Origin: Candidatus Woesearchaeota archaeon
GTDB taxonomy: Archaea > Nanobdellota > Nanobdellia > Woesearchaeales > GW2011-AR4
Direction: 5' to 3'
NCBI GenBank assembly: GCA_016185755.1
Contig: JACPMX010000006.1
Coordinates: forward strand, 98,644 to 162,643
Length of the DNA: 64,000 nucleotides
In this document: one piece after another, positions 51,628-60,381 of the stretch
Layout of the letters: each line of letters opens with the position of its first letter
Numbering within the stretch: position 1 is the stretch's first letter
Program-made: the position numbers and the translations under genes
The notes under the pieces: generated by a model
Databases searched by the model: none
Told to the model about the DNA's origin: nothing
Seen by the model: only the letters and a program-made list of their open reading frames with translations

Positions 51628-52248
51628 TCAAGCGAAAATCTGGGACCCTTCCTTATTTTTTCTCCATTTTTCAATCTCTCTTTCAAACCACTCCTTAAGC
51701 TTTCTTTTTTGCTCCATTTCATTTTTTTTAAATTGCTCAATTTCCTTTTCAAATTGTTTCTTATCTTCTTCCGCTGTCTCAATATATTTGCATCTTTCCC
51801 CAGGCTCGTGAATAAATGAAGAGGTGCTGTCAAAATGGACATTGCTTACTTTTCTTGGATCATGCCATTGTTCCGGGGCAGTGCCATTATAATAAAAAAT
51901 TATAATTGGAACTCCCTTGCCCGACATATAAATTATTTTATCTATTTTCTGGGTTCCTGACCTGTCCATGTAATAATAAAATCCAGCGACAAGCTCATTG
52001 GTCATTGGATCAAACCTCAGCTCGTTGACCACAGTTCCGTTAGCGGTTTCCTTCTCATAGTGCGAAGTTTTTAGCGGTCGTTTCAATTCACCAAGAATTT
52101 TTGATATTGATTGGTATTTGCCAGCAGGTTTCTTTGCCAAATCTGCGTATGACCTGACTTTTCCCTCCAGGCTTGCGCAGCTGCTTTGCTCATTTGCCTG
52201 AATTACAATGGCCGGAGGATGAAGCTGGGCGTAAGTCGGGGCATCCAT
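51628..52248 (-). CDS. hypothetical protein
   Basis: The ATG at 52248 overlaps the upstream stop (TAATG). Charged C-terminal tail. Confidence 0.45.
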   Translation of the reverse strand: MDAPTYAQLHPPAIVIQANEQSSCASLEGKVRSYADLAKKPAGKYQSISKILGELKRPLKTSHYEKETANGTVVNELRFDPMTNELVAGFYYYMDRSGTQKIDKIIYMSGKGVPIIIFYYNGTAPEQWHDPRKVSNVHFDSTSSFIHEPGERCKYIETAEEDKKQFEKEIEQFKKNEMEQKRKLKEWFEREIEKWRKNKEGSQIFA

Positions 52249-53186
52249 TATCTTATCTCCGCCTTGTTTTTTAATCTCTCCAAATAAGCGCACGCATTGC
52301 AGACATCATTCGCGCTTGGCTCGCTGCATCTTGCACAGATTCTTATGGCATCGGCCCTGAACTGCTGCTTTAATAGCGGCAATGTCTGCAGGAATGAGTT
52401 TATTGTGGAATATTTTGTGCCGGGAAACTTGTTTTCCAAATTGTTCAGCATGTCCCTCACTTGCGCCCTGAAGGATTGCGGCACGTTAGGGCACTCATTG
52501 AAGTTATCCAACAATCCATTTATAAAAGCGTATGTTGTGACTTCCTTTTCTGTGCATAAGTACAATGGCTTTATCCTCTGGACAAACTTATCATCTTGCA
52601 CCAATCCGACTTTTGGGCCGAGCCTTGCAGATGCATTTATGTTGTTCTTCATCTGGTTCATGATTATGGACTGGCACTCGTCGTCAAGATTGTGGCCTGT
52701 GGCCAACTTCGTCAGCTTCAGTTCCTTTGCTTTCTTGTTCAACAAGTACCTTCGGAAAACACCGCAAATCGAGCACGGCTTTACATCCAGGATTTTCAGC
52801 ATTTCATCAAGAGCAAGCCCAAATTCTTCTTTGTACGAAAAGATATTCAGCTTTATGCCGCTATTATTGCAGAACTCTTTTGCTTTTTCAAGCGTCTTGT
52901 CCCTGTAATTATGAATGCCTTCGTCAATCGCTATTGCACTTATTTTTATGTTTGGATTTTCCTTTGACAATTTGCTAAGAATATGCAAAACAGTCAAGGA
53001 ATCTTTCCCTCCTGACAGTGCAACTCCTAGATTTTCTTCCTTGCCAATCAGCCCAAACTGCCTTATTGTCCTGAATACCTTGTTTTCAAAGTATTCCGAG
53101 AAATGTAATTTGCAGAGCTTTTCGCCTGAGTAAAGCTCAATGACGGATTTGTGGCTGCAGCAATTGATTTTTATTTTGTCTTGCAT
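52248..53186 (-). CDS. ttuA: PP-loop ATPase, tRNA 2-thiolation enzyme (TtuA/NcsA-like)
   Basis: PP-loop VALSGGKDSLTV, CSICGVFRR, and N- and C-terminal Cys clusters (CARCSEP...CNAC). Confidence 0.75.
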   Translation of the reverse strand: MQDKIKINCCSHKSVIELYSGEKLCKLHFSEYFENKVFRTIRQFGLIGKEENLGVALSGGKDSLTVLHILSKLSKENPNIKISAIAIDEGIHNYRDKTLEKAKEFCNNSGIKLNIFSYKEEFGLALDEMLKILDVKPCSICGVFRRYLLNKKAKELKLTKLATGHNLDDECQSIIMNQMKNNINASARLGPKVGLVQDDKFVQRIKPLYLCTEKEVTTYAFINGLLDNFNECPNVPQSFRAQVRDMLNNLENKFPGTKYSTINSFLQTLPLLKQQFRADAIRICARCSEPSANDVCNACAYLERLKNKAEIR

Positions 53187-53547
53187 TTTGGCTTACAAAA
53201 TCTTGTAAAGTTTTAGTTTTTTGCATTTCAGGCAGCACGGCTATTCCGTCCCGAAGCCTTTTTAGCTGGGCAATGGATTCCCTGTTGCCGAGATAAAATG
53301 AGCATAAGGCTTCTATAAATTCAGGCATCAATTCCCTGACTGCATTGGCAATTTCTCTTTTTTCAGGCATCCTTGCAATGTCTTCTCTTGAATACCAGTT
53401 GTATATCTCCTTTGCAAAGTTCAATGAATCAGATGCAATGGCATAAGTATTATCGATTTTTGGGAATGCCTGCTGGAGCTCAGCCGTTGTTATTATAAAA
53501 TCAAGGTCATGTAGCAATCTTGATTCCATATATGCTTCAAAAGACAT
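53137..53547 (-). CDS. hypothetical protein
   Basis: 136-aa ORF between the ThiS-like and TtuA-like genes. Overlaps the ttuA start by 50 nt. Confidence 0.4.
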   Translation of the reverse strand: MSFEAYMESRLLHDLDFIITTAELQQAFPKIDNTYAIASDSLNFAKEIYNWYSREDIARMPEKREIANAVRELMPEFIEALCSFYLGNRESIAQLKRLRDGIAVLPEMQKTKTLQDFVSQNARQNKNQLLQPQIRH

Positions 53548-53548
53548 G

Positions 53549-53764
53549 TTATCCTCCGCTTATAACCGACAAAATTTTTATATCGTCATTGTTTTTTAAC
53601 TTTTCATCATCAAGAATCAGCTCATTGCCCCTTGAAACTATTACTGTGACTGGATTGATGCTTAGCTTATCCAGCAAATCAGAGACTTTTGAGTTGCCAT
53701 CCAGCTCTAATTCAGCATTCTTGTTTTCCCTGTCTATGAAGACGCTGACTTTTATCTTGTCCAT
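53549..53764 (-). CDS. ThiS/MoaD-type ubiquitin-like sulfur carrier (C-terminal GG)
   Basis: 71 aa ending ILSVISGG, with a beta-grasp-like pattern. Confidence 0.65.
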   Translation of the reverse strand: MDKIKVSVFIDRENKNAELELDGNSKVSDLLDKLSINPVTVIVSRGNELILDDEKLKNNDDIKILSVISGG

Positions 53765-53823
53765 ACACTATAGAAATAGCTGTTTATTAATAAATATTAT
53801 CAATAATGGTTTTTAGCTTGAAA

Positions 53824-54972
53824 TTACAGTTTCAATTCAAGGCCCTGGTAAGACATGACAATATCCAATCTCTTTCCAGCATGCTCTGGCCGGCGCAGCA
53901 ATTTATCCCTGAATTCTAAAGATATTTGGTGCAGCTCCTCCAGTCCTCTGTCTCCTCTTTTTGGCTCATGATGCCCAAGAACCAGAAGAGGAATTCCGGC
54001 AGCCAGGGCATTAACCACGCACCATTCATAAGTATTATGCCCCCAGTCAATCTTTGGCAAGGCTCCTGTAACGGCTTTGGGATTGCCTCCTTTATATTCA
54101 TCAGGGAGGTATTGCGCATCCATGTATATTGCGTCAGCGTTTCCAACTGCCTTCCCATTTTCCCTTTTTCTTGAGAAGTCTATCAGTCTTGCATCCTCTA
54201 TACCTTTTATTTCGCAGTCTGTTGCAAAAACAAATTTTTTGCTATTCACCTCAAATGCATAAGTAAATGAAGAATCAGGGTGGCTCATTTCCCTATAAGT
54301 AACTGTCAATTTTCCCCGCTGCCTTGGTACAGGATCCATCCTTAGCATTTCATCGTACTTGACATCTGCAGGAATATCTTGCCATACAACAGGAAAATTT
54401 GGATACTGCTGTTGGCCTGCCAAAACCTCCTCCAGCCTTTTGCGCGCGTCTCTTTTGCCGTGGACATGGATATCAATCCCTCTTGGCACAAAAATCGGGT
54501 CGAAAAAAGGCATGCCCTGTATATGATCCCAGTGGTAATGGGTAAGCCATAAATCCAGCAATTTGCTGTACTCTGGAACAGTGTTTAACGGATTAATGTT
54601 TCCTTCTGTAAAAAGACGCCTTAGTATCAGGCCACCCAGCTTTCTTGCGCCTGTCCCCGCGTCTATCATCTGAAGCGGCGAATCAACAGCCTGGATTTCC
54701 GCACATGTTGTTTCTCCCCCGTAAGTGCCACGAACCGATCTTGGAAAATTGCGCACAACATAATCAGTCACGTCATCCAATGTCGGGCTTTCTTTGCCAA
54801 ATAAAGACTTCACACTTTCCTGCCCAGACAGCCTATTTATTGTTCCATGTACGCCCAACGCGACTTTTTCAAGAATTTCCTCATCTGCCTGCGGAGCGGG
54901 AATACTCCCCCTATTCCCCCAAATCTTTACAATCATGCTTGGGCTTGCTTTATCACTTGGATTGGCATCCAT
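53824..54972 (-). CDS. metallo-beta-lactamase-fold hydrolase
   Basis: LTHYHWDHIQG (HxHxDH). ATG at 54972. Confidence 0.7.
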   Translation of the reverse strand: MDANPSDKASPSMIVKIWGNRGSIPAPQADEEILEKVALGVHGTINRLSGQESVKSLFGKESPTLDDVTDYVVRNFPRSVRGTYGGETTCAEIQAVDSPLQMIDAGTGARKLGGLILRRLFTEGNINPLNTVPEYSKLLDLWLTHYHWDHIQGMPFFDPIFVPRGIDIHVHGKRDARKRLEEVLAGQQQYPNFPVVWQDIPADVKYDEMLRMDPVPRQRGKLTVTYREMSHPDSSFTYAFEVNSKKFVFATDCEIKGIEDARLIDFSRKRENGKAVGNADAIYMDAQYLPDEYKGGNPKAVTGALPKIDWGHNTYEWCVVNALAAGIPLLVLGHHEPKRGDRGLEELHQISLEFRDKLLRRPEHAGKRLDIVMSYQGLELKL

Positions 54973-55054
54973 TTTAAGGCGAATCTTATTGTATTGTATA
55001 TTTAAAATATTCATATTATTTATTTTAACAAAAACGCTAAATTTATATATAAAT

Positions 55055-56032
55055 ATGCAAATATTAAAAAATATGATAAAAATTGATACTTATGACAAAA
55101 AAATAATATATGAGCTGGACAAAGACTCCTCACTGAGCCTGTCACAATTGTCAAAGAAACTAAGGAGGTCAAAGCAATTCATACTTTACAGGATGAAACA
55201 GCTTGAAAAAGCAAACATAATCGCAGGCTATAACGCAATTATAGACATGTCAAAATTAGGCTACTTTACTTTCAGAGTTTATATCAAATTCCAACAGATG
55301 ACCCAGGATGATGAAAAAAAGTTTGTAGACTACCTTATAAAGGAGCAAAGCCAGATATGGACAATCACGCAGATACACAGCAAGTGGGATTATGCCATCT
55401 TTTTCGGAGTGAAATCAATTTCAGACTTTCATGCGACATGGGACAACATATTGAAAAAATACAAAAAAAACCTGGTCTCTTATAATGTCTCAATTTACGA
55501 GCCAATTTATAATTTTAATAAAAGTTTTTTTATGAACAAGCAGGCAGAGCCAGTGGAAAGGGTTTACGGCTCCAGCAAAAGAGAAGAAATTGATGCGACA
55601 GACTTAAAGATAATAGAGGCATTTTCCATAAATGTAAGGCAGCCATCGCTTCAAATTGCAAAGAAAATAGGGATATCCCCAGATAGCGTGCGCAGGCGAA
55701 TCAGGAAACTGGAGGACAAAAAAATAATAGTGGGATATAAAATTGGATTAAATGCGGAGCCATTGGGATATGATTCCTACAGAGTGGATTTGCACTTGTC
55801 ATCCACAGAAAGAAATGAAGAACTTCATGAATTCTGCAAAATACACAAAAATATTTACCAAATCAATAAAACCATTGGCAGCGCAGATTTTGAAATTGAA
55901 GTCATAGTTAAGGATCAGAACCACCTTTTGCAGGTATTGAATGAGATAAAGGAGCGATTCAGCTCTTCTGTAAAGTATGTAGAATTCTTTGGATTTTCAG
56001 TTTATTATATCCTGCATTACATCCCAGACTGA
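55055..56032 (+). CDS. tandem Lrp/AsnC-type transcriptional regulator
   Basis: Two HTH_AsnC-like units (DKKIIYELDKDSSLSLSQLSKKLRRSKQFILYRMKQLEKANII and DLKIIEAFSINVRQPSLQIAKKIGISPDSVRRRIRKLEDKKII), each followed by a RAM-like region. ATG at 55055. Confidence 0.7.
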   Translation: MQILKNMIKIDTYDKKIIYELDKDSSLSLSQLSKKLRRSKQFILYRMKQLEKANIIAGYNAIIDMSKLGYFTFRVYIKFQQMTQDDEKKFVDYLIKEQSQIWTITQIHSKWDYAIFFGVKSISDFHATWDNILKKYKKNLVSYNVSIYEPIYNFNKSFFMNKQAEPVERVYGSSKREEIDATDLKIIEAFSINVRQPSLQIAKKIGISPDSVRRRIRKLEDKKIIVGYKIGLNAEPLGYDSYRVDLHLSSTERNEELHEFCKIHKNIYQINKTIGSADFEIEVIVKDQNHLLQVLNEIKERFSSSVKYVEFFGFSVYYILHYIPD

Positions 56033-56043
56033 AAAATAAATAG

Positions 56044-56388
56044 CTATCCAACACTATGCCCGCAGCCGCAGCTTGTCTTGACATTGGGATTGCTTATCTT
56101 GAAGCCCGCATTTGTCAATGAGTCCAGATAGTCGACTGTCGAGCCTTTCATGAAGGCAATGCTTTCAGGGTTGATGAATATTTTTACCCCTTTTTCCTCT
56201 ATGACCATGTCGTTTTCCTTCGGGGACTTTTCAATCCCTATGTCATACATGTAGCTTGAGCATCCTCCTGCTGTAATTCCAACTCTCAGTCCATAATCCT
56301 TCTTGTTCTCCTTTTCAAGCAGCTTTTTCACTTTTTCAGCTGCCTTTTCCGTCAAGCTTACAATCATTTCTTTTGTCTGCTGTTCCAT
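56044..56388 (-). CDS. A-type Fe-S cluster carrier (IscA/SufA/HesB)
   Basis: GGCSSYMYD and C-terminal SCGCGHSVG. Confidence 0.85.
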   Translation of the reverse strand: MEQQTKEMIVSLTEKAAEKVKKLLEKENKKDYGLRVGITAGGCSSYMYDIGIEKSPKENDMVIEEKGVKIFINPESIAFMKGSTVDYLDSLTNAGFKISNPNVKTSCGCGHSVG

Positions 56389-56404
56389 TTTCAATTCACC
56401 TCAA

Positions 56405-57163
56405 TTATGCCTTAACCTCTCCTTCAAATTCCTCGTATTCCTTGTAGCCGTGGGCCTCAAGCTCCTCTGAAAGCTCCTTTCCCCCGCTCTTTACAATCTT
56501 TCCGTTCATCATCACATGAACTTTGTCGGGCTTTATGTAATTCAATAATCTTTGGTAGTGCGTTATGACCAAGATGCCGACATTAGGACCAATCAAAGTG
56601 TTGACTCCTTCTGCAACAACTTTTAACGAATCTATGTCCAGGCCTGAGTCTGTCTCATCCAGAATGGCCATGTCAGGCTGCAGGACTGCCAACTGCAGAA
56701 TTTCAGCCCGTTTCTTTTCTCCTCCTGAAAATCCTTCATTCAAATACCTTCTGCTGAATGAGTCATCTATCTTCAACAATTTCATCTTTTCCCTTAGCAA
56801 TTTTACAAAATCAGGAACGCTGACCTTGTTTGGCTTTACTGAGTTCAGTGCAGTCCTTAAGAAGTTTGAGACGGAAACACCGGGAATCTCCTGCGGATAC
56901 TGGAATGACAAGAACAATCCAAGCTTTGCCCTTTCATCCGGAGGCAATTCAAGAATATTCTTTCCCTTGTACCAAACCTCGCCCTTGTCAACAGTATATC
57001 TTGGATGGCCCATCAAAGTATATGCCAAAGTCGATTTTCCCGAGCCATTCGGACCCATCAACGCGCAGACTTCTCCTTTCTTGACTGTTAAATTTACTCC
57101 ATTCAGTATTTTTTTCCCCTCAATGCTTACATGCAACTCCTTTATTACCAGTTCGTCCGTCAT
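56405..57163 (-). CDS. sufC: Fe-S cluster assembly ATPase SufC
   Basis: Walker A GPNGSGKST, signature FSGGEKKR, Walker B AILDETDSGLD. Confidence 0.92.
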   Translation of the reverse strand: MTDELVIKELHVSIEGKKILNGVNLTVKKGEVCALMGPNGSGKSTLAYTLMGHPRYTVDKGEVWYKGKNILELPPDERAKLGLFLSFQYPQEIPGVSVSNFLRTALNSVKPNKVSVPDFVKLLREKMKLLKIDDSFSRRYLNEGFSGGEKKRAEILQLAVLQPDMAILDETDSGLDIDSLKVVAEGVNTLIGPNVGILVITHYQRLLNYIKPDKVHVMMNGKIVKSGGKELSEELEAHGYKEYEEFEGEVKA

Positions 57164-57164
57164 T

Positions 57165-57554
57165 TTATTTCCCCATATATCTCTCAAATATCAGTATGCT
57201 GTTTTTAAGCGTATCTAATGATAGCAATGCGCATTTCAATCTTACAGGGCTTATTGGAATGCCGAGCATCTCCAAAAGCTGCTCTTTTGTCATGTTTTTT
57301 ACTTCATCAATGCCTTTTCCCTTTATCTCGTCGCTCAGCATCGAGGCGCTTGCAACAGATATTGCGCATCCTGTCGGATAAACCTTGATATCGACAATCT
57401 TTTTATCCTCAACTATTAAAAACATGTCCAATTCATCCCCGCACAATGGATTTTTCTCGTGATGGTGGACTGTCGCATTTTCCACCTTTCCAAAATTATG
57501 CGGGCTTTTGTAATGGTCCAGTATGTTCTCCTGATACATCATTTCTATGTCCAT
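57165..57554 (-). CDS. SufU/IscU-type Fe-S scaffold or sulfur-acceptor protein
   Basis: NPLCGDELDMF, PTGCAISVASAS, LKCALLSLDTL. Confidence 0.8.
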   Translation of the reverse strand: MDIEMMYQENILDHYKSPHNFGKVENATVHHHEKNPLCGDELDMFLIVEDKKIVDIKVYPTGCAISVASASMLSDEIKGKGIDEVKNMTKEQLLEMLGIPISPVRLKCALLSLDTLKNSILIFERYMGK

Positions 57555-57555
57555 C

Positions 57556-58788
57556 TTAAACCCCAAACACCTTTTTCACTTTATGTATTGCATTTATGAA
57601 AGTATCTACTTCCTGCTCCGTGTTGTAGAGGTAAAAGCTTGCCCTTGCTGTTGCTGATATTCCCAGAACAGACATCAGAGGCATGCAGCAGTGGTGGCCT
57701 GCGCGTATTGCAACTCCCTCGCTGTCAAGTATTTGCGAAACATCATGCGCATGGACTCCCTTGACATTAAATGACAAGATTGAAGCCCTTTCTTTCGGCC
57801 CGTAAATTGTGATTCCATCGATTTCCTTGATTTTTTCCATTGCATAACCCAGCAATTCCTTGTCCCTGTTGAAGATATTCTGCATTCCAACTTTTGCCAA
57901 ATAATCAACTGCAACCCCAAGGCCGATTCCCTCTGCAATGTTTGGAGTGCCTGCCTCAAATTTCCAGGGCAGCTTGTTGAATGTGGTATCATCAAACCTG
58001 ACTTCATTGATCATCTCGCCTCCATACAAAAACGGCCTCATGCCTTCAAGCAACTCTTTCTTTCCATAAACAACCCCAACTCCCGTAGGGCCAAGCATCT
58101 TGTGGCCTGTGAAGACATAAAAATCTGAGTTAATCTTCTTCATGTCCAACGGCATATGGGGAGCAGCCTGCGAGCCGTCTACAACCATCAAGGCGCCGTT
58201 TTCATGCGCTATTTTTGCAATATCCTCAACAGGATTTATTGTCCCGACGGCATTTGATATGTGATTGACAGAGACGATCTTTGTTTTTTTGGTGATGTTT
58301 TTCTTTATTGACTCTTCATCAAGCTCTGCATTTTTATTTACCTCAATGAACTTCAATTTTAAATCCAAATGCTTTGCCATCTGCTGCCATGGCACAAAAT
58401 TGGAGTGATGCTCAAGCTGTGAAATTACTATCTCATCGCCTTGCTTCAATCCTGATGTTAAAGAATATGCAAGCAGATTCAACCCCTCTGTTGAATTCTT
58501 AGTGAAAATCACCTCTTCGTATTGCGCGTTTATGAACTCTGCAATCTTTTCCCTTGCCTTTTCGTATGCTGCAGTCGCTTCTTCCCCAAGCTGATGGATG
58601 CTTCTGTGGACATTTGAATTATAGTTTTTGTAATAAAAATCCAGCGCATCAATCACCTGCTTCGGCTTTTGGGAAGTTGCCGCATTGTCAAAATAAACCA
58701 GCGGCTTTCCATGCACTTTCCTCTGCAGAATAGGAAAATCTTTTCTGATTTGTTCAACGTCCAATGATTTTGTTTGTGCTGATAGCAT
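57556..58788 (-). CDS. sufS: cysteine desulfurase SufS
   Basis: Class V aminotransferase with PLP-Lys context FTGHKMLGPTG and active-site RAGHHCCMP. Confidence 0.92.
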   Translation of the reverse strand: MLSAQTKSLDVEQIRKDFPILQRKVHGKPLVYFDNAATSQKPKQVIDALDFYYKNYNSNVHRSIHQLGEEATAAYEKAREKIAEFINAQYEEVIFTKNSTEGLNLLAYSLTSGLKQGDEIVISQLEHHSNFVPWQQMAKHLDLKLKFIEVNKNAELDEESIKKNITKKTKIVSVNHISNAVGTINPVEDIAKIAHENGALMVVDGSQAAPHMPLDMKKINSDFYVFTGHKMLGPTGVGVVYGKKELLEGMRPFLYGGEMINEVRFDDTTFNKLPWKFEAGTPNIAEGIGLGVAVDYLAKVGMQNIFNRDKELLGYAMEKIKEIDGITIYGPKERASILSFNVKGVHAHDVSQILDSEGVAIRAGHHCCMPLMSVLGISATARASFYLYNTEQEVDTFINAIHKVKKVFGV

Positions 58789-58808
58789 TTTTTATTAATA
58801 AAAATACC

Positions 58809-59186
58809 TTAGTATATCCTTCTTTGATTTTCTATGTAACCTAAAACTTTCTTGTATGCGTCTAATTCTAATTGACTAACTTTTTGATTGGCAACTCCGA
58901 GTTTTTGTCCTAAACCCTCTAGACTAATCATTTTTATTCGTGGGAAAGGTGTCCTATATTGAAGAACAATATACCTTCTCCAATCTATTATTCCTTTTAT
59001 TAAAACCTCTTGGGATAGTGCACCAAGTTCTGAAAATGGATTATTGCCTTGCTTGTTCAGCCATTCGTATAGACGTTTCCTAATTATCTTTAAGGTGGAG
59101 TTTCTTCTTCTATCCCTATAGGTTGGATTGTTTAAAACAGATTTAGGTTCTTCTCTTTCAACAATCCTTGACAATGGATCTACCAT
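58809..59186 (-). CDS. small HTH protein (sigma-70 region-4-like) embedded in the SUF operon
   Basis: ISLEGLGQKLGVANQKVSQLELDAYKKVL resembles the sigma-70 r4.2 HTH. The ATG overlaps the sufD stop (TAATG). Confidence 0.5.
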   Translation of the reverse strand: MVDPLSRIVEREEPKSVLNNPTYRDRRRNSTLKIIRKRLYEWLNKQGNNPFSELGALSQEVLIKGIIDWRRYIVLQYRTPFPRIKMISLEGLGQKLGVANQKVSQLELDAYKKVLGYIENQRRIY

Positions 59187-60367
59187 TATTTTCTCACCAT
59201 TTCCCTTATCTTTTCCCTCAATTCTTCCGAAGGGATTTTTTGGATTACAGGCTCGAAAAATCCCTCTACGATAAGGGCTTCCGCTTCTTCCCTTGACAGG
59301 CCTCTTGCCATCAGATAAAACATGTGCTCGTCGTTGACTTGCCCGACTGTTGCCCCATGGGATGCTTTCACGTCATTGGCATCAATCTTAAGGCTTGGAA
59401 TGCTGTTTGCCAAAGTTTTTTCTCCGAGCTTTAGAATGTGGTTTTGGAGATATGACCATGTTTTTTGCGCTTGCTTGTCTATCTTTATAAGGCCCCTGTA
59501 GACGGAGCTTGACTCGTCTTTTAAAATCCCATCAACCAAAACTTCATTTGTCGTGTTTTCAACATTATGGTACATGTTTGTCGTGAAATCAATGTGCTCC
59601 CCGCCCTTGCCCAAGAAAATTCCGACATTGCTGCATTCTGAGCCTGCGCCGTTAAACAGCGAATCAATCCTCAGCCTGTTGAACTTGCCCCCAAAGCAGC
59701 CTGAAACCCAGTTTATTGAAGCGTCTCTCTCAACACTTCCTACAATATTTGTGAAATTATGCATATTTTTTGTCCAGTTATTGACGTGATTGTAATTTAT
59801 TTTTGAATTTTGGTTGGCAAAAACCTCCGTGATGCATACATTTAGTTGCCCGCTTTCATCTTCGCCTGAATACTCTTCAATGAAATCAAGCTTGCTGTTT
59901 GGCTCAACAATCACCAGGTTGTGCAATATTCCAGCTCCCTCGAAATTTATCCTTATAGGCGCTTCCAATTCAATATTTTTCGGGACATAAAGGAAGATCC
60001 CGCTGTTGAAATGGGCTGCGCTCAAGGCAACGAACTTGTCCTTGTCAATTTTAGTTTGCTTGAAAAAATATTCTTGTGCAATGGGATATTTGTCCAGCGC
60101 AGTGTTTATGTCCGTCAAAACAACTCCTTTTTCTATCAAATCCTCGCTCAGCACGCTTGCAGATATTTTTGTTTTAGGATTCAAGCTAAAATTCTCAATT
60201 TTGAGGGCGTCAATTTTAGTGTATCTCCAGTCTTCGTCTTTCTCTTTAGGCATCGGGATGGAATTGAAAATAGCCAAAGCATCCGCCTTTTTCTTGGCTG
60301 CAAAATTGCCTTCAGCTTGGCTTAATTGTTCCATAGCGTTTTTAGTAACCAGAGTTTGACCTTCCAT
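59186..60367 (-). CDS. sufD: Fe-S cluster assembly protein SufD
   Basis: SufB/SufD-family beta-helix sequence with C-terminal ASHGATVGQVNDEHMFYLMARGLSREEA. ATG at 60367 (TTG at 60379 is also possible). Confidence 0.85.
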   Translation of the reverse strand: MEGQTLVTKNAMEQLSQAEGNFAAKKKADALAIFNSIPMPKEKDEDWRYTKIDALKIENFSLNPKTKISASVLSEDLIEKGVVLTDINTALDKYPIAQEYFFKQTKIDKDKFVALSAAHFNSGIFLYVPKNIELEAPIRINFEGAGILHNLVIVEPNSKLDFIEEYSGEDESGQLNVCITEVFANQNSKINYNHVNNWTKNMHNFTNIVGSVERDASINWVSGCFGGKFNRLRIDSLFNGAGSECSNVGIFLGKGGEHIDFTTNMYHNVENTTNEVLVDGILKDESSSVYRGLIKIDKQAQKTWSYLQNHILKLGEKTLANSIPSLKIDANDVKASHGATVGQVNDEHMFYLMARGLSREEAEALIVEGFFEPVIQKIPSEELREKIREMVRK

Positions 60368-60381
60368 ATAGAACACCAATT

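Noticed and set aside
54794-55054. 87-codon N-terminal extension of the tandem Lrp/AsnC regulator ORF
   Set aside because: The extension overlaps the start of the divergent MBL-fold gene and is hydrophobic nonsense. An ATG at 55055 preceded by an A/T-rich promoter-like stretch gives a protein that starts just before the first HTH.
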